This document shows positions 29,653-37,947 of a DNA stretch of 64,000 nt, in pieces. The notes below the pieces were generated by a model. That model did not search any database, was not told the origin of the DNA, and saw nothing but the letters and a program-made list of their open reading frames with translations. Both the position numbers and the translations under genes were made by a program. The DNA comes from Candidatus Multivoradales bacterium (GTDB lineage: Bacteria > Acidobacteriota > Thermoanaerobaculia > Multivoradales > Multivoraceae), in NCBI GenBank assembly GCA_965223325.1, contig CBDCWI010000002.1, positions 2,912,001 through 2,976,000 on the forward strand. The letters are read 5' to 3'. Positions within the stretch are counted from its first letter, which is position 1; the number at the start of each line of letters is the position of its first letter.

Positions 29653-32600
29653 CTAGGTCGGAACCGCGGCTTCCTGGAGTTCGGCCATCTTCGTCGCGAC
29701 GTCACGGTAGTTGGTGTTCATTCCGTAAAGGTCGACGAAGGCCTGGTAGGCGGCCTGGTTGTCGTTCTGCTCGATGTGGGTCATGGCGACCTCGTAGAGC
29801 ATTCCGAGTTCCTGCTCGCCTTCGAGAAGCCCTGAGTCGATGGCCTTGGTGTACCACTTCATGGCCAACTCAGGCAGGCCCTTCTCGCGGAAGCAAAGCC
29901 CGAGCATGGCGCAACAGTCGACGAGGTACGTCTCGTCCTTGGCCGCAATCTGGAACTCGCCGATGGCCTCGTCGAGCAGCATCATCTCGCGATAGGCGAT
30001 GCCGAGGTTGTAGTGGGTGTCGGCGTCTTCCTGGGAGAGGTTCTCGGCCACACCCTTCTTGAAGCCTTCCACGATGTCCTCGAGGCTCTGTTCCTCGGGT
30101 GTCATTGGAGCTGCCGCGGCCGGTGCGGCGAACTCTTCTTGAAGCTCCGCGGCGAGATCGAAGAGCGGCTTTTCGTCCTCGAACAGATCAGGGGCATCGC
30201 CGGCGGTCTCTTGAGCCTCGGTGGCCGGCTCATCGAGCCACGCAAGCCCAGCCGCTTCGACCGGTTGCGATTCGCCGTCAACGGAACCGTTCAGGGAGTC
30301 GAGACCGGAGGCACCGTTCGCCTCGATGTTGATCGCGCTGACATCCGACGCCATTGCGGCAGCGCCGACCTCTTCTTCGGCGGTGATCTCGGCATCGATT
30401 TCCGAGCCCAGCGCGGCCAGGTCGACGAGTCCTCCGCCCCCCGCTCCGGCGAGAGCACCTTCGCTGGCGGTTTCGGTTTCCGATTCGTCGTCGGCATCCA
30501 ATACCGCTCTACCAACCCCAGAGCCCCCTGGCAAGCCGACGACCCGTTCGCCTTCTATCTCGTAGCCCGAGTTGGCGAGGTCGGACTTGAGTTCTTCCCA
30601 GAGCTCCATGGCACCGGTCTCGCGAACGTCATCGTAGAGAGCGTTGAACAGCGGCTCGACCTTTGCGTGCTCACCTTCCTGAAGGTGAAGACGAATCAGC
30701 TGCGTTGCGGCGCCGAGATGTGACGGATCCAGACGAAGCACTTCTTCGAGCCGATCCACCGCCTTGGCCGCAAGGCCGTACTTGACGAAGACCTCGGCTT
30801 CAGCGAGCAGGTCGTTGACGACCTTGAGCTCGTCTGGAATCTGAGCGGCGGCGGCGGCACCACTGTCGATGACCGGCGTCTCCTGCTCGAGGTTGTCCGC
30901 GGCGACCTGCGCTGGATCCGTCTCGGCCGAACCACCGCCAAGCGGGATCGGGGCACTCGGCGGAAGGCTGGTGTCCTCAAACTCGATGTCATCGAGCACG
31001 ATCTCGTCGGCCGCTGCCGTTACCTGGGAGTCGCGCAGATCGATCTCCGCCAGATCACCGAGATCGAGGTCGCCAATGTCTACAGCGTCTCCGGCGCTAG
31101 TGACTTCGGGCGCGGTCTCGAAGCCACCGCTGATCTCCGGCAATGGTTCGAGCTCGGCCGCTTCAACCAGCGGCGACTCGACTTCCGGCGCGTCGACCGC
31201 CGGGGCTTCGATGACCACCGCCTCCTCATCGACAACCGACACTTCAGGAAGGCTCGCCTCCAGCTGATCCTGGACCGCTTCAACCGACAGGCCGGACGAT
31301 GATGGATCGGGGACTTCGTCGAGAAGAATCTCGCCGTCGTCGCTCATTTCGAAGCCGCCACTGTTCGCCGCGAGATCGAGAGCACCGTGATCAGATGGCC
31401 GCCCGCTGGTCTCCGGGTTCTCCGGAACGAACTCGAAGCCGGGAGCGCGCGAGTGCATCTCCTCGAGCTCGCCTGTACTCATCCCGGGAGCCGCAGATGC
31501 CGCCATGTCGGGTGGCGGCTCGACTCGGCTGCCGGGTGTCTCTTCGGTGTCGTTGAACTCGATGACGAAGTCGCCCAGCTCGGCGTCGGTCTCGAGGGAA
31601 ACGGCTTCGTCACCCGGCAACGGTGCCTCGATTGAAGTGTCGGACTCGGAAGTCTCCGCGGCCAGTACGTCGGGTGCGGTATCGAAGTCACCCATCGGAG
31701 CGGCGGCAGGCGGATCGATCATGCTCTCGTCAAACGAAAGCGCCGCACCTTCACCGGTGATTTCCGTGCCAACGAGATCGTCGTCGGTAACAGCTTCGAC
31801 AGTGGAACCCAGGCCGGTTGCGGTGAGCGAATCGCCCGGCACGAGATCACCAGGACCCTCGGCCGAACTCGCCTCGAGCGCGTCGGGGCCATCCTGGCCA
31901 ATGAGCTCGAAACCGCCCGTGTTGGCACCCGGCAGGTCCCGAGCCGTCGCCGGCACCTCCGGAGCGCCGCCGAGGCTTTGGCGAGCGGCCGGCGGATCGA
32001 ACAGCTCTTCGAGCTTCTCGAAACGCCCGTGTCGCACGATCGCCATCGAATGCAGCTGCCGCGCAGCATCGCGACCGCCGCCGTGTAGGAGCGTGCGGAT
32101 GGCGTCGCTGACAAAGCCCTCATCGGTGTCATCGATCTCGAGCGCCTTGGCGTAGACCTGAACTGCCTGATCGAACTCTTGATGCTGAACCATCATCGAG
32201 GCGATGTTGGCGTACTCATCCATCGCCTTGGCGGTCAGTTTCTGGTCGCGGTAGAGCTGCGCTAGACGGACTCGGTTGGAGGGGTTCTCGGGCTCGAGGT
32301 CGATCAGCTTCTGGTAGATCGTGATCATCGAAGCGGGGTCGTTCGAGCGCTCGAAATGGCCGACCAGCTGCAGATAATGCTGGCGCGCGTCGGGCACGAG
32401 ACCCTGCTTGTGGTAGAGGCGTGACAGCGACCGGTGAATCTCTACGTTGCCGGCATCGGCACGTTGGATCTTCTTGTGCACCGCGATCGCCTTGACCAGG
32501 AAACCGGCGCGCTCGTAACTGTCAGCCGTGCGGCCCCAGAACTGTGCGGCCTCGCTGGTCTTTCGAAGCCGGCGATACAAGTCACCAATCATGTTGGTGA

Positions 32601-32721
32601 TGTTCGGATCGTCGCCGTCCTTGGAAAGGACCTCCTTGTACTTGACGATCGCCTTCTCGATCTTGCCCTTCGCCACCAGCTTCTCAGCCGCCTTGATGAC
32701 GCGTTCCTTCCTGAAAGCCAT
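29653..32721 (-). CDS. Large TPR protein with acidic disordered linker (SgmX-like)
   Basis: N-terminal TPR array, long D/E-rich low-complexity region, LAEAEVFVKYGL TPR, C-terminal FKKGV...DADTHYNLGIAYREM TPRs. Confidence 0.85.
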   Translation of the reverse strand: MAFRKERVIKAAEKLVAKGKIEKAIVKYKEVLSKDGDDPNITNMIGDLYRRLRKTSEAAQFWGRTADSYERAGFLVKAIAVHKKIQRADAGNVEIHRSLSRLYHKQGLVPDARQHYLQLVGHFERSNDPASMITIYQKLIDLEPENPSNRVRLAQLYRDQKLTAKAMDEYANIASMMVQHQEFDQAVQVYAKALEIDDTDEGFVSDAIRTLLHGGGRDAARQLHSMAIVRHGRFEKLEELFDPPAARQSLGGAPEVPATARDLPGANTGGFELIGQDGPDALEASSAEGPGDLVPGDSLTATGLGSTVEAVTDDDLVGTEITGEGAALSFDESMIDPPAAAPMGDFDTAPDVLAAETSESDTSIEAPLPGDEAVSLETDAELGDFVIEFNDTEETPGSRVEPPPDMAASAAPGMSTGELEEMHSRAPGFEFVPENPETSGRPSDHGALDLAANSGGFEMSDDGEILLDEVPDPSSSGLSVEAVQDQLEASLPEVSVVDEEAVVIEAPAVDAPEVESPLVEAAELEPLPEISGGFETAPEVTSAGDAVDIGDLDLGDLAEIDLRDSQVTAAADEIVLDDIEFEDTSLPPSAPIPLGGGSAETDPAQVAADNLEQETPVIDSGAAAAAQIPDELKVVNDLLAEAEVFVKYGLAAKAVDRLEEVLRLDPSHLGAATQLIRLHLQEGEHAKVEPLFNALYDDVRETGAMELWEELKSDLANSGYEIEGERVVGLPGGSGVGRAVLDADDESETETASEGALAGAGGGGLVDLAALGSEIDAEITAEEEVGAAAMASDVSAINIEANGASGLDSLNGSVDGESQPVEAAGLAWLDEPATEAQETAGDAPDLFEDEKPLFDLAAELQEEFAAPAAAAPMTPEEQSLEDIVEGFKKGVAENLSQEDADTHYNLGIAYREMMLLDEAIGEFQIAAKDETYLVDCCAMLGLCFREKGLPELAMKWYTKAIDSGLLEGEQELGMLYEVAMTHIEQNDNQAAYQAFVDLYGMNTNYRDVATKMAELQEAAVPT

Positions 32722-33368
32722 CAGCCGGCCGCTCCTGTCAGCGCGGAGTGACGCGGAACCACCGAGCGGAAGGTCAGCCGGTGAATCGGCGTGGGGCCAA
32801 TCTCGGCGAGCGCTTCGCGGTGTTCTTGCGCGCCATATCCCTTGTTGGCTGCAAAGCCGTATTCGGGGTACTCGCGATCGTATTCGAGCATCAGGAAATC
32901 ACGCTCCGTCTTCGCCAAGATCGAGGCGCTTGCGACGGCATAACTGAAGGAATCTCCCCGGATGATAGGCAACACCGGGTACGGAAGCCCAGGAAGGCTC
33001 ACCGCATCGATCAGAGCACAATTTGGGGCGATATGCAAGGAATTCAAGGAATTTAGCATTGCTCGCCTGGTCGCCTCGAGGACGTTGATGCGGTCGATTT
33101 CTGCCGCATCGACAGCCACCACGGACCAGGCCAGCGCCGACCGCTTGATCACCTCGGCAACACGGACCCGCTTCTCGGTGGCGAGCCGTTTGCTGTCGTC
33201 GACCCCGGGCACCGCCGTCTCTGGGTCGAGGATCACCGCAGCCGCCACGACGGGCCCTGCCAGGCAGCCCCGACCGACCTCGTCGACCCCGGCAACCAAA
33301 GGGAAACCGCAAGATGCGAGCAGCCGCTCGAGGCCCCGGATGAGCTGCAGGCGGTAGGTCTCGGCCAT
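32721..33368 (-). CDS. rnhB: Ribonuclease HII
   Basis: GVDEVGRGCLAGPV, DDSK, AASILAK-like, NKGYG, HRLTF. Confidence 0.96.
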   Translation of the reverse strand: MAETYRLQLIRGLERLLASCGFPLVAGVDEVGRGCLAGPVVAAAVILDPETAVPGVDDSKRLATEKRVRVAEVIKRSALAWSVVAVDAAEIDRINVLEATRRAMLNSLNSLHIAPNCALIDAVSLPGLPYPVLPIIRGDSFSYAVASASILAKTERDFLMLEYDREYPEYGFAANKGYGAQEHREALAEIGPTPIHRLTFRSVVPRHSALTGAAG

Positions 33369-33525
33369 CAAGCCGAGCAGTAGCGAATCGAGGTCGGAGG
33401 CAGCACGCATGGAACAGCTCGTTCAGGCAGCCTCCGGCGGGCGCCAGACCCGCGCCAGATCGTTCTGCGTCCGAGCGTCACTCACCAACCGCACGTCTCC
33501 ACAGCGTCGTTTGGTTCGAGGTCTC

Positions 33526-33921
33526 TCAGGCCTGTTCGGCGTCGACCTTCGGCTTGTTGAGGTCGTCGCGACGCTCCTCGATGCGAGCCTTCTTACCGCG
33601 CAGATTTCGCAGGTAGTAGAGCTTGGCGCGGCGCACCTTGCCCTTGCGCGCCACTTCGATCTTGTCGACGACCGGGCTATGGAGCGGGAAAATGCGCTCC
33701 ACTCCAATGCTGCCGGAGATCTTGCGGACCGTGAACGTCTCGCGGGTGCCACTGCCACGACGTGCAATGCAAACGCCCTGGAACAGCTGGATGCGCTCCT
33801 TGTCGCCTTCGATAACTCGCACGTGCACCTTGAGGGTATCGCCGGCGCGAAAGTCCGGCACATCACTCCTGAGGTAGTCGACTTCGTGGCGCGCCACGGT
33901 TTCCAACAGTTGCTTGTCCAT
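33526..33921 (-). CDS. rplS: 50S ribosomal protein L19
   Basis: [34 protein letters not shown]. Confidence 0.98.
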   Translation of the reverse strand: MDKQLLETVARHEVDYLRSDVPDFRAGDTLKVHVRVIEGDKERIQLFQGVCIARRGSGTRETFTVRKISGSIGVERIFPLHSPVVDKIEVARKGKVRRAKLYYLRNLRGKKARIEERRDDLNKPKVDAEQA

Positions 33922-34222
33922 ATCGTCTTCTCTTGTCATCTCATCACCCGGCCGGCGGGCCGACCAAGACGCCGTGCCAGCCAGGGCTGTTGAGGTTGTC
34001 AGTAGAGCTAGTGTGTTGCATACGGGGATTGTGCTCTGCCCCCGTAGCATCCACCTCCCGGCACCAAAGCGATCTCATGCCGCAGAGGGACCTCTCGGGC
34101 ATCGAGACGCGCAAAGCGAAACTCGGCCCAGCCAGTCAACTCGGAACCAGTGATTCTCGCCTATCCGGGCCCACCGACGCAAGCAGTGTTCGGCCCGTTC
34201 CCCGGGGAGGGCAGCTCCTGCC

Positions 34223-34918
34223 TCAATCGTCCTCGTGATCTTCGAGCAGATCTGGACGGCGCTTTCTGGTGCGCTCCAGGGCCTGTTGGCGACGCCAGGC
34301 TGCGATCGCGCCATGGTCGCCAGAGAGCAGGATCTTCGGCACCTCGCGCCCTTCGACCATGGCTGGCCGGGTGTAGTGAGGCCAGTCGAGCAGCCCGTCG
34401 CGAAAGCTGTCGTTCTCGACCGAGCTCTGGCGCTGGACGACCCCGGGGATCTGGCGAGAAACCGCCTCGACGATCACCATTGCCGCCACCTCCCCACCCG
34501 AGAGAACGAAGTCGCCGAGTGAGATCTCCTCGCAACCACTGATCTCGAGAAACCGCTCGTCGACGCCTTCGTAGCGACCACAGACCAGAACCAGGCGGTC
34601 CTCGCTCGCAATCTCACGTACCAGACGCTCGTCTAGACGACGGCCCTGCGGCGACATGAGGAGCTCCCGGGGCGGCGTGCTGGCTTCGTCCTCGCGCAGC
34701 GCTCGCAGGGCGGCCAGAAGCGGCGGTGCGGTCATGACCATGCCGGCTTCACCACCGTACGGTTCGTCGTCGACCGAGCGATGGCGGTCATCGGTGAACT
34801 CGCGGAGATCGAACACCCGTACTTCGAGGAGACCATTGGCGATCGCCTTACCAATCAGGCTGGCGGCCAGGAAGTCCCCGAAGATCTCAGGGAAGATGGT
34901 TACGATGTCGATGCGCAT
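34223..34918 (-). CDS. trmD: tRNA (guanine-N1)-methyltransferase
   Basis: TIFPE, VDDEPYGG, CGRYEGVDER, SLGDFVLSGGE, PHYTRP. Confidence 0.98.
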   Translation of the reverse strand: MRIDIVTIFPEIFGDFLAASLIGKAIANGLLEVRVFDLREFTDDRHRSVDDEPYGGEAGMVMTAPPLLAALRALREDEASTPPRELLMSPQGRRLDERLVREIASEDRLVLVCGRYEGVDERFLEISGCEEISLGDFVLSGGEVAAMVIVEAVSRQIPGVVQRQSSVENDSFRDGLLDWPHYTRPAMVEGREVPKILLSGDHGAIAAWRRQQALERTRKRRPDLLEDHEDD

Positions 34919-35469
34919 GCTTCGACCAGGCCTTCCGGGAGTTCGGTCTCGATGAGGCGGGCTTCAGGATCGACGCGCACCAGGAAGGCACGCACGAATG
35001 GAATCAGGCTAGTCCCTTTCCCGCCTGCCCGCGGAGACTCGAGATCCAGCTGCAGAAGCAGTCCGCCACCGTCCTCGACGACGTCTCGGACGACTCCAAT
35101 GACGCCGTCGCGGCGATCTTCGACCCGACAACCAATGAGCTCGAAGAACCACCACGAGTCGTCTTCGTCGGTGTCCGGTACGTCATCGCGATGAACTTCC
35201 AGCCAATGACCGCGCAGCGCCTCGGCGGCGTCGCGGTCGTCGATGTCCTCGAAGCGCAGCAAGACCGCGCCCTTGTGGGCGCGCGACGCGGCAACGGTGA
35301 GCGTAGCGCTCGGCCGACCCCTTTGCTCGGGGCTCGAAAGCAGGAGCCGAGCACCCATCGCGAACCGATCGGCGACGTCGGACTCACTGCGCACCAGCAC
35401 TTCACCACGGACCCCGTGGGGGCGCGAGATCCGCCCAACCAGGACGGTCTCTGGTGGGGAAGCGGTCAG
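34900..35469 (-). CDS. rimM: Ribosome maturation factor RimM (probable CTG start at 35469)
   Basis: VGRISRPHGVRGEV lies upstream of the track's GTG (35400); DRDAAEALRG, LIGCRV, LIPFV. Confidence 0.92.
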   Translation of the reverse strand: MTASPPETVLVGRISRPHGVRGEVLVRSESDVADRFAMGARLLLSSPEQRGRPSATLTVAASRAHKGAVLLRFEDIDDRDAAEALRGHWLEVHRDDVPDTDEDDSWWFFELIGCRVEDRRDGVIGVVRDVVEDGGGLLLQLDLESPRAGGKGTSLIPFVRAFLVRVDPEARLIETELPEGLVEACASTS

Positions 35470-35726
35470 GAGTCCTCGATCTCCAGATCGTAGAAGTCTT
35501 CGCCGTCGAGCGACGAACGGACCTCGAGCATGGTGCGCAGAGCGCGCACCGTCCGACCCTGGCGACCAATGACTTTGCCGAGCTCATCGGGGTGGGTGTG
35601 GACGCGAAGGAGAACACTGTGGCCGAGGTTCTCTTCCTCGACCAGGACCTGATCTGGCTCATCGACCAGCCCACGAACGATCTCGGTGAGCTGCTTGGCT
35701 ACTTGGCTGTCACTGGCTTCGGGCAT
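35466..35726 (-). CDS. khpA: KH-domain RNA-binding protein
   Basis: LVDEPDQV, GKVIGRQGRTVRALR; conserved position between rpsP and rimM. Confidence 0.93.
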   Translation of the reverse strand: MPEASDSQVAKQLTEIVRGLVDEPDQVLVEEENLGHSVLLRVHTHPDELGKVIGRQGRTVRALRTMLEVRSSLDGEDFYDLEIEDS

Positions 35727-35737
35727 GTTCAACCTTC

Positions 35738-36214
35738 CTATGCGTCTGCATCTTCGGGAGCAGCAGCATCTTCAGAGGGCGCATCGTCAGCCGGCGCCTC
35801 CTCAGCTGGCGCCTCTTCGGCGGCTGCCTCGGGAGCGGCCTCCGTTGCCGCCTCTTCTGAAGCCTCGGAGGCTGCCTCCGCCTCCGGAGCTGCTGCCTCG
35901 ACCGCTGGCTCTTCGGCGGGCGCTGGAGCCGGTTTGGCCTTTCCAGGAGCAAGCTCGGCCTTTTTCTGGGTGAGCTCGCCCTGGTTGCCGCGCTTGATCA
36001 AACTCTGCACGGTGCTCGACATGCGAGCGCCGTTGCCGACCCAGTGCTCGACGCGTTCTTGGTTGATCTGGATGATGCTCGGTGAACGAGTCGGGTCGTA
36101 GACCCCGATCTCCTCGAGCGCTTTGGATGTCGGCACCTTGCGGGAGTCGGACACCACAACGCGATAGAACGGAGCGTTGGTGGTTCCCATGCGGCGCAGC
36201 CTGATTCTGAGCAT
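35738..36214 (-). CDS. rpsP: 30S ribosomal protein S16 with acidic Ala/Glu tail
   Basis: MLRIRLRRMG, PFYRVVVSDSR, IGVYDP, WVGNGA. Confidence 0.97.
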   Translation of the reverse strand: MLRIRLRRMGTTNAPFYRVVVSDSRKVPTSKALEEIGVYDPTRSPSIIQINQERVEHWVGNGARMSSTVQSLIKRGNQGELTQKKAELAPGKAKPAPAPAEEPAVEAAAPEAEAASEASEEAATEAAPEAAAEEAPAEEAPADDAPSEDAAAPEDADA

Positions 36215-36509
36215 GTCTTTGTTCTTCCTGGTTCTTGGATCGCGGGCCGCTCTCCGGCCGCGAGGTGCGACCACTCTTGTGGTCGCGCAGTTCTTGAAAG
36301 CGTGTGGTCGCCGAAGCAACCTCGTGGCGGTTCCTCGCCTGCCCCTTCGCCTCGTGTGTCGACAAAGAGCTGGCTTGCGGTTCTCCGGCGTTTGTGGGCG
36401 GAGGGTGATGAGACCTCGAGCGAGAGGCTCACCAGATCGCCAAGTCACGAAACGGCGACTCTAGCATGTGGTGACTGCGAAGCCCTAGGAAGGAGCTTCG
36501 AAAACGGGC

Positions 36510-37841
36510 CTAGCGCCCCATTCCGGGGCCCATGACCCCCTTCATGAAGCCGCCCCGCATCTTCTTCATCATCTTGCGCATCTGTTTGTACTGCCTGAGC
36601 AGCTGGTTGAGCTCCTGGACCGAGCGCCCCGAGCCCCGAGCCACGCGCTTCTTGCGACTGGCGTTGAGCAGCCCTGGCCGAGCCCGCTCGGCCGGCGTCA
36701 TCGAGTCGATCAGGGCCTCGACCGCCACCAGGCGGCCCTCATCGACCTCTCCGCCTTGCATTCCCTTGAACGGTCCGGTCTTGGGCAAGAGATCGACCAA
36801 CTGAGTCAACGGGCCCAGTTTGCGCAACTGCCGCAGCTGTGACCGCAGATCTTCGAGGGTGAACTCCTGCTTCGAAATGCGTTCGGCCAAACGCTCGGCC
36901 TCGTCTTGATCGATCGCCTTCTCGGCGCGCTCGATCAGCGACAGCACGTCTCCCTGCCCGAGGATTCTCGACGCCAGGCGATCGGGGGCGAACAACTCGA
37001 GGTCTTCGGCCTTCTCACCCACGCCGACAAACCGAATTGGTACCTGCGCGACGGTCCGGATCGACAGCGCCGCACCACCGCGCGAGTCGCCGTCGAGTTT
37101 GGTGAGAATGGCGCCGGTTAGCGGCAGCGCCTCACCGAAGTGCGCCGCACTCTTGACCGCATCTTGGCCGGTCATCGAGTCGCACACGAACAAGAGCTCG
37201 TCGGGCTTTGTGTGCTCAACCAGGGTGACCAGTTCGCCCATCAACGCGTCGTCGATATGCAAGCGGCCGGCGGTGTCGAAGAGGATCACGTCGTGCGCGT
37301 CACTCGACGCCCGACGCTGGGCGCGCTTGGCCAGGTCAATCAGACTGTCACCAGCTTCGGGAACCACGACCGGCGCACCGACGTTCTCACCCACCTGGCG
37401 AAGTTGCTCGACCGCTGCGGCGCGCTGAAGGTCGCCGGCGACCAGGAGCGGCCGATGGCGGCCCGACTGTTTCAAGCGCAGCGCAACCTTGCCGATGGTC
37501 GTGGTTTTGCCGGAGCCCTGGAGGCCGCACAGCATCACCACACTCGGCTTGCCCGACAGACTGAGTTCGCCAGGCGCCTCCCCAAGCAGTGCGATGAGCT
37601 CATCGCGAACGATCTTGAGAACCTGCTGGTCAGGCGACAGGCTGGTGAGCACTTCCTCGCCGAGTGCTTTCTCCTCGACCCGCTTGACGAAGGCGCGCAC
37701 CACCTTGAAGTGAACGTCCGCTTCGAGCAACGCCAGACGAATCTCACGCATCGCGCGCTTGATGTCGTCCTCGGTGACCCGACCACGGCCCCGCAAGCGG
37801 CCAAATGCCGTTTGCAGCTTGCCTTGAAGTCCGTCAAACAT
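36510..37841 (-). CDS. ffh: Signal recognition particle protein
   Basis: ALLEADV, GLQGSGKTT, DTAGR, TKLDGDSRGG, Met-rich M domain. Confidence 0.98.
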   Translation of the reverse strand: MFDGLQGKLQTAFGRLRGRGRVTEDDIKRAMREIRLALLEADVHFKVVRAFVKRVEEKALGEEVLTSLSPDQQVLKIVRDELIALLGEAPGELSLSGKPSVVMLCGLQGSGKTTTIGKVALRLKQSGRHRPLLVAGDLQRAAAVEQLRQVGENVGAPVVVPEAGDSLIDLAKRAQRRASSDAHDVILFDTAGRLHIDDALMGELVTLVEHTKPDELLFVCDSMTGQDAVKSAAHFGEALPLTGAILTKLDGDSRGGAALSIRTVAQVPIRFVGVGEKAEDLELFAPDRLASRILGQGDVLSLIERAEKAIDQDEAERLAERISKQEFTLEDLRSQLRQLRKLGPLTQLVDLLPKTGPFKGMQGGEVDEGRLVAVEALIDSMTPAERARPGLLNASRKKRVARGSGRSVQELNQLLRQYKQMRKMMKKMRGGFMKGVMGPGMGR

Positions 37842-37947
37842 GGTCCTGCCTCATTCCTTCCACCTGTCCTGGCCGACCGGAGCTCGATGAGTCCCAGAGT
37901 CGAAACGAGCGAGGCGGGAGTCTAGCGAAATCGCCAGCACGCCTTAG

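Noticed and set aside
35738-35950. Acidic Ala/Glu tail on S16
   Set aside because: Such low-complexity extensions are common in several phyla.
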